Source: Sedimentisphaerales bacterium (lineage in GTDB: Bacteria > Planctomycetota > Phycisphaerae > Sedimentisphaerales > Anaerobacaceae). Taken from it: a DNA stretch of 64,000 nt. Position numbers and translations under genes: made by a program. The first letter of the stretch is position 1, and every line of letters starts with the position of its first letter. Shown in pieces: positions 48,798-59,600 of this stretch. Location: the NCBI GenBank assembly GCA_040772485.1, contig JAXGYC010000010.1, positions 96,001 through 160,000 on the forward strand. The letters run 5' to 3'. The notes under the pieces were generated by a model. That model had not been told where the DNA came from. It did no database searches and was given only the letters and a program-made list of their open reading frames with translations.

Positions 48798-50676
48798 GAT
48801 GGCTTTCCCCTGGCGAGAATTCCTGCCACAACCCCTTTTCATTCACTTCGAGCAGACCCAGATCGCGCTGCAACTCCAACTCCGCTATCCGGTAGTTTAC
48901 GACGGCGGCGGTAAGCTGGTTCTGGGCGGAGAGCAAAGCATCCTGGGCTTCGAGCAGATCGCGGATCTGCGCCCGCCCGGCTTCCAGGAACAACTGCGCG
49001 CTGCGGACGCGTTTTTCGGCCACTACGACCTGCTGCGCGTTGATCTTGATGCTCTCCCTCGATTCGAGCAAGGTGCGCAACTGATTGCGAATCGACAGTT
49101 TGATCTGGTCTTCAAGCTGCTGAACGCTCCGGGTCGCCCGCTCCAGATCGATCAGGCTGTTCCGGTAGGCGTTGCGTTCGGCGGTCCGCTCCAAGGGCAG
49201 GTCCAGCGAAAGCAAAGCCGCATATCGCCCGCCCTCGAGACTCAGGCTGCCATCGTCGTCGTTGTCCGCGAATCGCGCCTGGCCTCCGAGGGTCAAACCC
49301 GCTCGCAAGGCATCAGCCCGGACGACCACCGCTCTCTGCGCGTCGTAGACCTGGCCGTTGGCCACCTGCAAATCGCGACGATTCTCCAATGCCAGATTGA
49401 CCGCGGCCGTCACATCAATCTCATAGGGTCCGGCGTCTTCATAGCTGGCCGCCTGAAGTTCCACCGGTGCATCAGCCGGAAGAGCCTCGCCCGACGTCGT
49501 GTCGGAGGAAGCCGTTCGCATCGTTTCGAGAATCTCGTTGGACCGCGAACGAAGCTGAACCAGATCGTTGGGGTCCAGCTCGATCGACGCGTCCGGCGGC
49601 AGACCCAGTTGGCTCTTGAACGAATCGAGACGGCCGGCAAGCTGCTCGCCGGCGGAGATCCAACTGTTGCGGGCGCCGAGTTCGCGCTGCACCGCCTGGT
49701 CCACCTCGACCTGTGTAATCAGACCGGCGTCCGCCCGTCTCCTCGCGTAGCGGGCCGAGGTGATCGCGCTGCGGTAGTTGTCCCTGGCGTTGGCCACCGA
49801 GTCCATCTGGCGCAGGACACCGAAGTAATCCTGGGCGACACTGACCGCGAAGGTGCGCTTGTACCGCTCGAATTCCCAGATCGCGTAGACGACATCGCGC
49901 TCGGCCTGGGTCAACGGCTCGGTCACGATGTGCCGGCCGGCCCCCCTCAGCAACGGGATCGACACGGATGTGTCAGAGCTGAGTCCCAACGCCGAGGAAC
50001 CGCCCTGCGTCAGAATGCTCAGCAGATCGACGGCCAGCGTGGAACTGAAATCGAGACCGTTCTTGAAACTCCGCGCCAGGCCGAGACTTGCCCCGCTGGC
50101 CAGATCGGTGACCGTCTCGTCCCCGCTCGTGTCGGTGGTCAGTTGGCTGTCGGCCTGGGCACGGAAGATATTGCGGAAATCGTTCCGCGTCAGATCGAGG
50201 CTCAGCGCCGTCCGGAAGACCTCCTCCTTGCGGGACTGGTACTCGAAGCTGTTGTGGGCTCCGACCTGGAGGGCTTCGAGCAGCGACAGCTTGACCGGCC
50301 GATTGGGCTCCACCCCAACCTCGGGGCCGGTCGAAGAGCTTTCGGGCGGATAGCTCTCGTCGGGCCAGTGCTCGATCGGCTCCAGAGCGTCGGTTCCCAG
50401 CGACGCCTGACTCGAATGGGGCAGATCCTGCCCTTCCAGGAGCCGGCGTCGCAGGATGTCGCTCGGCCGTTCGATGGTGAACGGCTCCGTCCTGCCGAGG
50501 GCTTCGGCCTGCTTGTCGGAGATGATCTTCGAGCTGACCTCATCGGCCTTCTGCCGGTACTGCAGGGGGGATTTGCAGCCAACCACAGCGACGGCCACGC
50601 CCAACAGGACGGCCGGCAACAGGGGATTCCACCGAATGCGGCACAAGTTGCGTTGTCTAAGGTGACGAGACTCCAT
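48787..50676 (-). CDS. TolC family outer-membrane channel (lipoprotein)
   Basis: Lipobox VVGC, LSLLEALQ and DLLEAQDALLSAQ outer-membrane-efflux repeats; first gene of the efflux operon. Confidence 0.88.
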   Translation of the reverse strand: MESRHLRQRNLCRIRWNPLLPAVLLGVAVAVVGCKSPLQYRQKADEVSSKIISDKQAEALGRTEPFTIERPSDILRRRLLEGQDLPHSSQASLGTDALEPIEHWPDESYPPESSSTGPEVGVEPNRPVKLSLLEALQVGAHNSFEYQSRKEEVFRTALSLDLTRNDFRNIFRAQADSQLTTDTSGDETVTDLASGASLGLARSFKNGLDFSSTLAVDLLSILTQGGSSALGLSSDTSVSIPLLRGAGRHIVTEPLTQAERDVVYAIWEFERYKRTFAVSVAQDYFGVLRQMDSVANARDNYRSAITSARYARRRADAGLITQVEVDQAVQRELGARNSWISAGEQLAGRLDSFKSQLGLPPDASIELDPNDLVQLRSRSNEILETMRTASSDTTSGEALPADAPVELQAASYEDAGPYEIDVTAAVNLALENRRDLQVANGQVYDAQRAVVVRADALRAGLTLGGQARFADNDDDGSLSLEGGRYAALLSLDLPLERTAERNAYRNSLIDLERATRSVQQLEDQIKLSIRNQLRTLLESRESIKINAQQVVVAEKRVRSAQLFLEAGRAQIRDLLEAQDALLSAQNQLTAAVVNYRIAELELQRDLGLLEVNEKGLWQEFSPGESHHDS

Positions 50677-51067
50677 CGATGCGCCTAAATACCGTAGTTT
50701 CTCCTCTTTTGCGCGATGCGTCAACAACAAAGCTCCTGCAACGCCGTGCGTCGCCCGGTCCGGCACCTGCCCGACACAGGCGACTCGTAACATCCCAAGC
50801 GGAGTACAGACGGACCCAAACCCCACGAAATTGCACGGAAACGGCCTTTCGAGCAGCTTGTCTGCCGCAGGTTCAGTGCGAGGCCGCCGCAAAATGGTTA
50901 CACGTTCGCCGCCGCCACGACGCAGAACTATCGGCATTGCATTCAGACACGAAGCGGGTTAGTGTGTCGGGGCATTATGGACCGCAAAGTCGAGGGCGGC
51001 GTTCGGAGCGTTCCGGACAGGCTGCGAAGCCAAAGCCCTTCCTGACGCGTGCAGTGGAGAAAATGAA

Positions 51068-52189
51068 ATGGATTTGCCGGCGGAAAACCCCTTTGCATCA
51101 GCCCAGAAGCGACTGGTTTCGCTCGACGCCCTTCGCGGTTTCGACATGTTCTGGATCATCGGCGGAGGCTGGATCGTCAGCGGCCTGGCCAAGGGGCTCA
51201 ACAGCGAGTGGTTCAACCAGTACATCGTTCCGCACGCCGAGCACGTGCCCTGGGAAGGGTTCGTCGCGTGGGACCTGATCATGCCGCTGTTCCTGTTCGT
51301 GGTCGGAACCGCGATGCCGTATTCCTTCGCCAAGCGGCTCGAACAAGGCCACCCCAAGGGCAGGCTCTACGTGCACATCCTCTTTCGCGTGGTCGTTCTC
51401 TGGATTCTGGGCATGATCGCTCAGGGCCGGCTGCTGGAGTACGATCTGTCGAAGCTGCGTCTGTACAGCAACACGCTTCAGGCCATCGCGGCCGGCTACT
51501 TGATCGCTTCGGTCATCCTGCTGAACCTGCGGGTCTGGGGGCAGTTGGCGGTCACGGTCGCCCTGCTCTTGCTGTACTGGGCGCTGATGATGTTGGTCCC
51601 GGTGCCCGGATTCGGCCCCGGCCAACTGACGCCGGAGGGCAACCTGGCGATCTACATCGACAAGCTGATCCTGGGCCCCTATCAGGACGGCACTTCCTAT
51701 ACGTGGATCCTCAGCGGCATGACGTTCGCGTGCACTGTCATGATGGGCGCCTTGGCGGGCCAATTGCTCCGGTCCGACTTGGGCAAGACTCGAAAGGTGC
51801 TCTTCCTGCTGGCTTCCGGCGTCGCCTGCATCTGGATCGGCTGGGCCTGGGGGCTGGTCTTCCCGATCATCAAGCACATCTGGACCAGCTCGATGGTGCT
51901 CTATGCGGGCGGCTGGAGCCTGGTGCTGCTCGGGCTGTTCTACCTCGCCTTTGACATGCTGCCGCTTCGTTTCCTGGCGTTTCCGTTCGTCGTGATCGGG
52001 ATGAACGCCATCGCCGTCTATATGATTACACGCGTGTACGACTTCCGGCACCTCGGCGACATCGTCGTCTCGGGTCTGTCGCGATGGACCGGCGACTGGC
52101 ACGACTTCGTTCGCGCGGTGGCCGGCGTTCTCGTGATCTGGCTGATTCTGTTCTTCATGTACCGCAAGAGGACCTTCATCAAGGTCTGA
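51068..52189 (+). CDS. Heparan-alpha-glucosaminide N-acetyltransferase-like (DUF5009/NagX) membrane protein
   Basis: RLVSLDALRGFDM, H..WEG...WDLIMPLFLF and PIIKHIWTSS motifs. Confidence 0.88.
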   Translation: MDLPAENPFASAQKRLVSLDALRGFDMFWIIGGGWIVSGLAKGLNSEWFNQYIVPHAEHVPWEGFVAWDLIMPLFLFVVGTAMPYSFAKRLEQGHPKGRLYVHILFRVVVLWILGMIAQGRLLEYDLSKLRLYSNTLQAIAAGYLIASVILLNLRVWGQLAVTVALLLLYWALMMLVPVPGFGPGQLTPEGNLAIYIDKLILGPYQDGTSYTWILSGMTFACTVMMGALAGQLLRSDLGKTRKVLFLLASGVACIWIGWAWGLVFPIIKHIWTSSMVLYAGGWSLVLLGLFYLAFDMLPLRFLAFPFVVIGMNAIAVYMITRVYDFRHLGDIVVSGLSRWTGDWHDFVRAVAGVLVIWLILFFMYRKRTFIKV

Positions 52190-52246
52190 CACGCGCATCG
52201 ATGCCCCAAGGGGCGATACTCATCGTCATCGCAAGGAGATTGGTTC

Positions 52247-53275
52247 ATGAAGGCGCTCGTCAAGAGCAAGGCGGAGCCGGGACTGTGGCTGGAAGAGGTT
52301 CCCATGCCCCGGATCGGCATCAACGACATCCTGATCCAGGTCGTCAAGACTGCGATCTGCGGGACCGACGTGCACATCTACAACTGGGACGCCTGGGCGC
52401 AGAAGACCATCCGCGTGCCCATGGCCATCGGACACGAGTTCGTCGGTCGGATCGTGGAGATCGGCAGCAACGTCCACGACTTCGCGGTCGGCGATCTGGT
52501 CAGCGCCGAAGGGCACGTGGTCTGCGGGCGCTGCCGCAACTGCCTGGCGGGCCGGCGGCATCTTTGCACGGCTCCAAAGGGAATCGGGGTCAATCGCGAC
52601 GGCGCGTTCGCCGAGTACATCTCCGTGCCCGTGACCAACGTCTGGTACTGTGACACGTCCATCCCGACGGACGTTTTGAGTTGCTTCGATCCGCTGGGCA
52701 ACGCGGCGCACACGGCACTGAGCTTTAACTTGGTCGGGGAAGACGTGCTCATCACCGGCGCCGGCCCGATCGGGTGCATGGCGGCCGGCATTGCCAGGAA
52801 GGTCGGCGCACGGCACGTCGTCGTTACCGACGTCAACCCCTACCGGCTCGAACTGGCGAAGAAGATGGGCGCGACGCTGACCCTCGATGTTCGCAACGGT
52901 TCTCTGGCGGACGCGCAGAAGCAGCTCGGCATGAAAGAGGGATTCGACGTCGGCATGGAGATGTCGGGCAATCCCGAGGCGCTTCGCGAGATGATCGCCA
53001 ACATGGCCCACGGAGGCAAGATCGCCCTGCTGGGCATCCTGCCCCGCACTGAAATCGAGTGGGACTTCGTCGTATTCAACGGACTGACCCTCAAGGGCAT
53101 CTACGGGCGGGAGATGTACGAGACATGGTACAAGGTCACGATGCTGATCCAGGGCGGACTGGACCTGAAGCCCTTGATTACCCATCGGTTCCACTACACC
53201 GAGTTTCAGAAGGGCTTTGACGCCATGCGCTCGGGCAATTCCGGCAAGGTCGTGCTGACCTGGCACGACCAGTAG
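52247..53275 (+). CDS. tdh: L-threonine 3-dehydrogenase
   Basis: [26 protein letters not shown]...C, FDPLGNA and [12 protein letters not shown] motifs; adjacent to kbl. Confidence 0.97.
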   Translation: MKALVKSKAEPGLWLEEVPMPRIGINDILIQVVKTAICGTDVHIYNWDAWAQKTIRVPMAIGHEFVGRIVEIGSNVHDFAVGDLVSAEGHVVCGRCRNCLAGRRHLCTAPKGIGVNRDGAFAEYISVPVTNVWYCDTSIPTDVLSCFDPLGNAAHTALSFNLVGEDVLITGAGPIGCMAAGIARKVGARHVVVTDVNPYRLELAKKMGATLTLDVRNGSLADAQKQLGMKEGFDVGMEMSGNPEALREMIANMAHGGKIALLGILPRTEIEWDFVVFNGLTLKGIYGREMYETWYKVTMLIQGGLDLKPLITHRFHYTEFQKGFDAMRSGNSGKVVLTWHDQ

Positions 53276-53322
53276 GGGCGAATGATTATTCGCCCGTACC
53301 AGGGCGAATCATGATTCGCCCT
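53272..53322. repeat. Tandem GTAG-type REP-like palindromes
   Basis: GTAGGGGCGAATGATTATTCGCCCGTAC followed by AGGGCGAATCATGATTCGCCCT; same family as 5484-5511. Confidence 0.75.
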
Positions 53323-53345
53323 CGCGCCCGCAGGAGGACACGAGT

Positions 53346-54536
53346 ATGTATCGGGACATGAAAACGCACCTCTCGCAGCAGTTGGCGGAGATTCGCCAGG
53401 GGGGCCTGGAGAAACCGGAGCGGGTCATCACCAGCCCGCAGAGCAACCGTATCACCACCTCTTCCGGCCAATCCGTGCTCAACATGTGCGCGAACAACTA
53501 TCTGGGTCTGGCCAACCATCCGGCGGTGATGGCGGCCGCTCGCGAGAGCTACGAGAAGTGGGGTTTCGGCCTGGCCTCCGTGCGATTCATCTGCGGCACG
53601 CAGCAGATCCACAAGGACCTTGAGGCCGCCGTCACGCGGTTTCTCGGAACCGAGGACACGATCGTCTACGGCTCGTGCTTCGACGCGAACGGCGGTCTGT
53701 TCGAGACGCTGCTGGGTCCGGAAGACACGATCATCAGCGACCAGTTGAACCACGCGAGCATCATCGACGGGGTGCGGCTGTGCAAGGCGCAGCGGCTTCG
53801 CTACAACAACAGCGACATGGCCGACCTGGAAGAGCAACTCAAGGCCGCCCGGTCCGCGCGATTCCGGCTGATCGCCACCGACGGCGTCTTCTCGATGGAC
53901 GGCTACGTCGCCAAACTCGACGCCATCTGCGAACTGGCCGACCGCTACGACGCGATGGTGATGATCGACGACTGTCACGCCACCGGAGTGATCGGCAAGA
54001 CCGGCCGGGGCACGCCCGAGTATCGCAGCGTCATGGGACGCGTTGACGTCATCACCGGGACGTTCGGCAAGGCGCTGGGCGGCGCCAGCGGCGGCTTCAC
54101 CTCGGGACGCAAGGAGATCATCGCCATGCTGCGGCAGCGCAGCCGGCCGTATCTGTTCTCCAATACGCTGGCTCCGGCGGTGGCGGCCGGCTCGATCAAG
54201 GCCCTGGAACTGCTCAGCAAGTCGACCGAACTGCTGGATCGTCTGGCCGATAACACACGGTACTTCCGGCAGCACATCGCCAGGACGGGGCTGAAGGTGC
54301 TGCCCGGCGATCACCCGATCACGCCGATCATCCTCGGAGAAGCGACGCTGGCCCAGGAGATGGCCCAGCGCCTGCTGGCCAAGGGCCTGTACGTAATCGG
54401 CTTCTCGTTCCCGGTCGTGCCGAAGGGACAGGCGCGGATTCGCACGCAGGTCTCGGCCGCCCACACGCGAGACGATCTGGATTTCGCCGTCGAGCAGTTC
54501 GCCGAGGTGGCCAGGGAGCTACACCTGACGACATAG
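53346..54536 (+). CDS. kbl: Glycine C-acetyltransferase (2-amino-3-ketobutyrate CoA ligase)
   Basis: [41 protein letters not shown] and [11 protein letters not shown] motifs. Confidence 0.97.
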   Translation: MYRDMKTHLSQQLAEIRQGGLEKPERVITSPQSNRITTSSGQSVLNMCANNYLGLANHPAVMAAARESYEKWGFGLASVRFICGTQQIHKDLEAAVTRFLGTEDTIVYGSCFDANGGLFETLLGPEDTIISDQLNHASIIDGVRLCKAQRLRYNNSDMADLEEQLKAARSARFRLIATDGVFSMDGYVAKLDAICELADRYDAMVMIDDCHATGVIGKTGRGTPEYRSVMGRVDVITGTFGKALGGASGGFTSGRKEIIAMLRQRSRPYLFSNTLAPAVAAGSIKALELLSKSTELLDRLADNTRYFRQHIARTGLKVLPGDHPITPIILGEATLAQEMAQRLLAKGLYVIGFSFPVVPKGQARIRTQVSAAHTRDDLDFAVEQFAEVARELHLTT

Positions 54537-54561
54537 AACGAATCGTTGCGAGGGCAGAACC

Positions 54562-56595
54562 ATGACCAGTGCATTGAATCGCCGCCACTTTCTGGAGGCC
54601 GCAGGCGCAACCGTGGTCGGCCTGCCGTTGGCCGCGACACTTTGGGCGCAAGACGCTCCGTCCGCACAATCCGCAGCCCTCCCGCCGGAGTGGCTCAATC
54701 CACCGACGGAGTTCTCCCAGGCGCCGTTCTGGTTCTGGAACGACGATCTGTCCGAGGCCGAGCTGCTTCGCCAGATCGATGACTTCCGCGAGCACGGAGT
54801 CCATGCGTTTCTGATCCATCCGCGAGCGGGACTGCCCCGGACCATCGGCTGGATGAGCGAACGCATGATCGAACTGATGCGGTTCGCCATCGAGCGGGCG
54901 GCCGAGCGGGACATGTGGGTGATCCTCTACGATGAAGGGATGTACCCGAGCGGCTCGTCCAGCGGCCAGGTGGTCGCGGAGAATCCCGCCTTTCGCACAC
55001 GCGGCCTGGTCTGCATCGACCTGGACGAAGCAACCCCGGGAGCAGAGACGCAGGGCGTGCGGATCGACGCGGAGGGCAAGCCCGATCTGGCCGCAGGACA
55101 GACGCTCGTAGCGATGGTTCGCCGCAAGAGCAACGGCCATCGTGTGGCCATCATCGACCGGCCCGCCCGCGAGGGTCGCTCGGTCATTCGGGGCCTTCAC
55201 TTCGTGGACGACGACCCGCCCCGCCGCACCGACCGTCGGGAAGTCCCCGAGAACCAGCCGCCGGGAGCCGATATCCTCAATCCCGAATCCGTGGCGTGTT
55301 TCATTCGCCTCGTCTACCAGCGGTACTACGATCAGTTCGGCCCTCACTTCGGCAAGACCGTCAAGGCCATCTTCACCGATGAGCCGTCGCTCCTGGCGCG
55401 GGGCGCCGAGCGCGGCATGGTTCCGGGCACGACGGGCATTCTCGAACACATCAACCGCTTCCTGGGCTACGACTTCACGGAATACCTGCCCGCTCTGTGG
55501 TACGAGGACGAGCCGGAAGCCCAGATGCGGCGGCGCGACTACAACCGGGCCATTCAGGCGAGGCTCGAAGAAACGTTCTACCGGCAGATCTCCGACTGGT
55601 GCAGCGCTCACGGCGTGGCCCTGACAGGCCATCCGATGGGCCCGGACGACATCGGCCACCTGCGGCACTTTCACATTCCCGGACAGGATATCGTTTGGCG
55701 CTACATCGAGCCGGGCAAGGCCAGCGCCATTGAGGGCGCCCAGTCCACACAAGCCAAGTGCGCCTCGTCTGCGATGATTCACCTCAAGCGTCGTCGCAAC
55801 CTGAACGAGTGCTGCGGAGCTTACGGGCACAACTTCACGTTCGAGGAGATGCAGTGGCTGGCCCACTGGCTGCTGGTGCGAGGGTGCAACCTGTTCGTTC
55901 CGCACGCGTTCTACTACTCCATTCGCGGCCCGCGGATCGACGAGCGGCCGCCCGATGTCGGCCCCAACAGCCCGTGGTGGCCGCAATACAAACCGTTTGC
56001 ACAGGAGACGTCGCGCCTCTGCTGGCTGAACACCGACAGCACACACGTCTGCGAGCTGGCGATCCTCGGAAGGAACGACCATTTGCCCCGGCAGGCGGCG
56101 AAGGTTTGCCTCCAGCATCAGCGTGATTTCAACTACCTCGAAGCGAGGCACCTGTGGGAAGACGCCCGGGTCGACTCCGAGGGCATTCGCATCGCCGGGA
56201 TGCACTATCGCGCGCTGATCGTCGAAGACGATGTACCCGAGAAGGCCAACGGCGCGATCGACATCCTGACCGGCGCCGGACGCATGATTCGGTGGCACGA
56301 GACGCTCCAACCTGAAGCGCTCGTCGACACCATCGACGAACGGGTTCGGCCGGACGTACGGGTCTCACCGGCCACGCCGGACCTGCGGGTCCGGCACGTG
56401 CGCAAACTGGGCACGGACTACTACCTGCTGTTCAACGAAGGCGAAGGCGATCTCAACGTGCGGCTGAAACTCGCCGCAGAGGGTGAACGAACCCTGCTCG
56501 ACCCGATCACGGGACATCCGCAGGCGGTAGCAAGCGGCGACACGGTGTCGTTGACGCGACACGCAATGCGTGTGCTGGCGGTTCGGCGGAGTTGA
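54562..56595 (+). CDS. Tat-exported glycoside hydrolase (GH106-like)
   Basis: NRRHFL Tat signal; PFWFWN, LYDE..YPSG, FTDEP and HAFYYS motifs. Confidence 0.75.
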   Translation: MTSALNRRHFLEAAGATVVGLPLAATLWAQDAPSAQSAALPPEWLNPPTEFSQAPFWFWNDDLSEAELLRQIDDFREHGVHAFLIHPRAGLPRTIGWMSERMIELMRFAIERAAERDMWVILYDEGMYPSGSSSGQVVAENPAFRTRGLVCIDLDEATPGAETQGVRIDAEGKPDLAAGQTLVAMVRRKSNGHRVAIIDRPAREGRSVIRGLHFVDDDPPRRTDRREVPENQPPGADILNPESVACFIRLVYQRYYDQFGPHFGKTVKAIFTDEPSLLARGAERGMVPGTTGILEHINRFLGYDFTEYLPALWYEDEPEAQMRRRDYNRAIQARLEETFYRQISDWCSAHGVALTGHPMGPDDIGHLRHFHIPGQDIVWRYIEPGKASAIEGAQSTQAKCASSAMIHLKRRRNLNECCGAYGHNFTFEEMQWLAHWLLVRGCNLFVPHAFYYSIRGPRIDERPPDVGPNSPWWPQYKPFAQETSRLCWLNTDSTHVCELAILGRNDHLPRQAAKVCLQHQRDFNYLEARHLWEDARVDSEGIRIAGMHYRALIVEDDVPEKANGAIDILTGAGRMIRWHETLQPEALVDTIDERVRPDVRVSPATPDLRVRHVRKLGTDYYLLFNEGEGDLNVRLKLAAEGERTLLDPITGHPQAVASGDTVSLTRHAMRVLAVRRS

Positions 56596-56603
56596 TCCCC
56601 CTC

Positions 56604-59600
56604 TCACGGAGCGTATCGGCCTCGCGCAGCGCCGACCGAAGGCGTGGCGCCTTGCCAATTGTTCGGATCGTCGCTGTAGCGATCGGCCCTCGTTCGCGAC
56701 AGCGACAGGCCTGAGCCGTCGGCCCCGGCCGGCCAGAGATCACGCCCGGCGGGGAAATCCTCATGCCGGGAACCATCACTATAGCGGACGCGTTCCACAC
56801 ATATCCATTCGCGCTGCCCATCGTCCGCAAGATCGCCCGGCACGCTAAGCTGGATCGTCCCTGTGGCGTTGTTCAGCAACCCGATGCCCCACTCCAGGAT
56901 CTGCGCCGACATGCCGACGGAATAGGCGCTTGCGAGCAGGGCGCGGTCCTTGGTCAGCACGAGATAGCGTTTCGGCGACAGGGTGACCGGAGGGTCGTCC
57001 GGAAAGAGAAACTCGACGCTCGGGTAGTCGGGGTCGTCGCTGAGCCGCCACGGAGTCTCCCTCTCGAAATCGTAAAACACTACGTCGCTGTCGCCGATGT
57101 TGAGCAGCTCGATGTACTCGGCGTGCTGGGACAGCCCCGGATTGTACATGATCTCGGTGATGACGACGGGCCCGACCTGGGGGTAAGTGTTGCGCTGCCC
57201 CGGCGTCGGCTGGCTCATGGCGGCGAAGTGGCTCGCCCCCGTACTGGTCCGGTGCCGGCCGAGGGTCACGCCCGATGCGGAAGGCCCGAACGCCACCGCC
57301 TCGCTGTAGCCGGTCAGAACGCCGGAGGAGCCTGAATGCAGGTACAGGGTTTCGCCACTGCGACTGAGGCCGAACGCCCTGTGGCATCCGGGGTCGCCCT
57401 CATTGCCGAAGTGCTGGTCTTCGCTCAGCACAAGGCACCCCTGCGCCGGGATCGTCGTGCCCGGCGCAATCTCGTACCGAGTCAGGTCGTTGGCGCTGTC
57501 GCTCAGGAACCAGCCGCCGACGTCAACCGGCTCGTCGGTGGTGTTGTGAAGCTCGATCCAGTCGGGAACCCCTCCGGAGGAATTGGCCAGAAGCTCGTTG
57601 ATGACGATCGCCCCGGGAGCCGGAACCAGGCCGGTGTCATCGAAGCCGGGCGAACCGCCTGCCACGGCGCTGGGACGCCAGGCGTCCCCGTGATTCCATG
57701 CATTCGTTCCGCGAGGGTTCCTAGCGGTGAGGGAGAAATCCGCCCCGTCGGTGATCCCATACCAGTCGTCGCGGTAGCGAACCGTCTGGATGACCGCGCC
57801 GGCGGCATCGCAGACCTCGATCTGCTCGCCCGCGTTGTTGAGACTGCCCGTATACTGCCCGGCGACGGGCAGACCGGCGCCATAACTCGCTTCGAAGGTC
57901 GCAAGGTCTTTGACCACCAGCAGATGGCCTCCCGGCGTCAGTTCAACGTCCGGGAAGACGAAATCGATCCCGTCGGTGAACCGGACCAGGTTGAGGTTGA
58001 CCGGCACAGGCCCGACGTTGGTCAGTTCCAAGTACTCGGCATTCGGATCGACCGGATGATACATGATCTCGCTGATGCGAAGACTCTCGGCGACCGGGCC
58101 AACCGCAAACGTCGCCTCATTGAGAGCGCTCCAGACGCCTCCCACCAGGGCGCGGGCCTTGACGTGCGTGCTGGTCGTCAGCGGAATCGGACCGGTGTAG
58201 CGAAGGGCGTCCTCGGGCTCCTCCACGGTTACCCTGTCCGCCACTTCAAGCTCGGCGGCGATCAGGAAGTCGGAACTCGTCGGCGAGACGTTCAGGCCGT
58301 GGATGGCCAGGAGGTTGTAGCCGCTTCGCAGGCTTGGGATATGCGCGGAGATGTCCACCGCCTCGAAGACCACCGCGGCGGCATCGTCGTGGGACGCGCT
58401 GGCGACGGAGTTCCACGCCGGCTCGCCGCTACAGTTGCGGCGAGCTACCTCGGTCCCGTTGAGGTAGGCGACGAACCCATCGTCGTATCGCATCTTCAGC
58501 GTCATCGTGTGGAGGGCGCTCCGATCGCCTGTGAACTCGAACGGAATGCGGATGTAGCACGAACCGTTGACGCCGTACATCTGCTCTTCGACGTCGACGC
58601 TGATGTAGCTCTCGTATCCGCTGCCCCGCTCGAAGCCGATGCCGCCAGGCGAGCCGCGAGCGATCGTCCACTGCGAGTCCTCGTAGGCGCGTGGATTCGT
58701 CCAGTTCTCCAAGTCGGGGCCCGTCGGGACCCGCACGTACTTGGCGGCGCTCTGAGGCACAAGTCTGGTGATGGTCGGCGGTATGGCCGCCTGGGCCTCG
58801 CCCGGATCGGTCCCGTCCAGACTGTAGTAGACATTGGCGCCATTGTACGGCGGGATCAGATAGAGCAGGTCGCCGGCCGAGGCGTAGCCCCCCTGCCGAT
58901 ACGACGTGTTGACCGCAAGAATCGGCCCATCGAACGTGTACAGCCCCTCGTTCATGCAGGCGGCCATGAAGATATCCGCACGGCCCGGCAGCCACGTGTT
59001 GAGGATATAGCTGTTCATGTTGCCGATCACGCCCTGAAGCTCGTCGCGAAGCGCGTTGAATCGCGCATGCACGTTCTGCGAGGCCAGAGCGCCGCCGTTG
59101 TAGAAATGCCTGTAGAGCCGGTCGCCAAAGAGCTGGCGGAACTGCCGGCTGGACTTGAGGGCGCGGTAGAGAATCCCGTTGGCGTTGCTCTGGCTGTTAA
59201 GCTCGGACAACCGGTTGACGGTCAACTGGTTCGACTCGAAGGTCCCTTCTGCGTCCCAGACGAAGAACTTCCACCGACCGGTCGGCGACCGCTCGGCGGC
59301 GGCGGCCCAGTTGTTCTGCGGCCAGTCCCAGTCGTTGGGCCACAGGCGGATGATGAGGTAATCGACAAACGAGGGGATGTCGAGCAGCCGGCCCATCTGC
59401 TCGTAGTCTGCGGCGTCATCGAGGTTGTGCGTGCGGGCAAACTCCATCATCGCGTCCCACGACCGCGTGTCGCCGTCACGGATGCCGTTCATGGTCATCA
59501 CGTCCCACGGCCGGTCGCTGTCGAACCACTGCTGGCAGGCCTCTTCCTTGATGTGCTCGGTCGGATTGAAGTAGCCCTTGTATTCGCCGTTGATGAACAG

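Noticed and set aside
46752..50688. 720-aa and 708-aa plus-strand ORFs
   Set aside because: Antisense to the adaptor and TolC genes.
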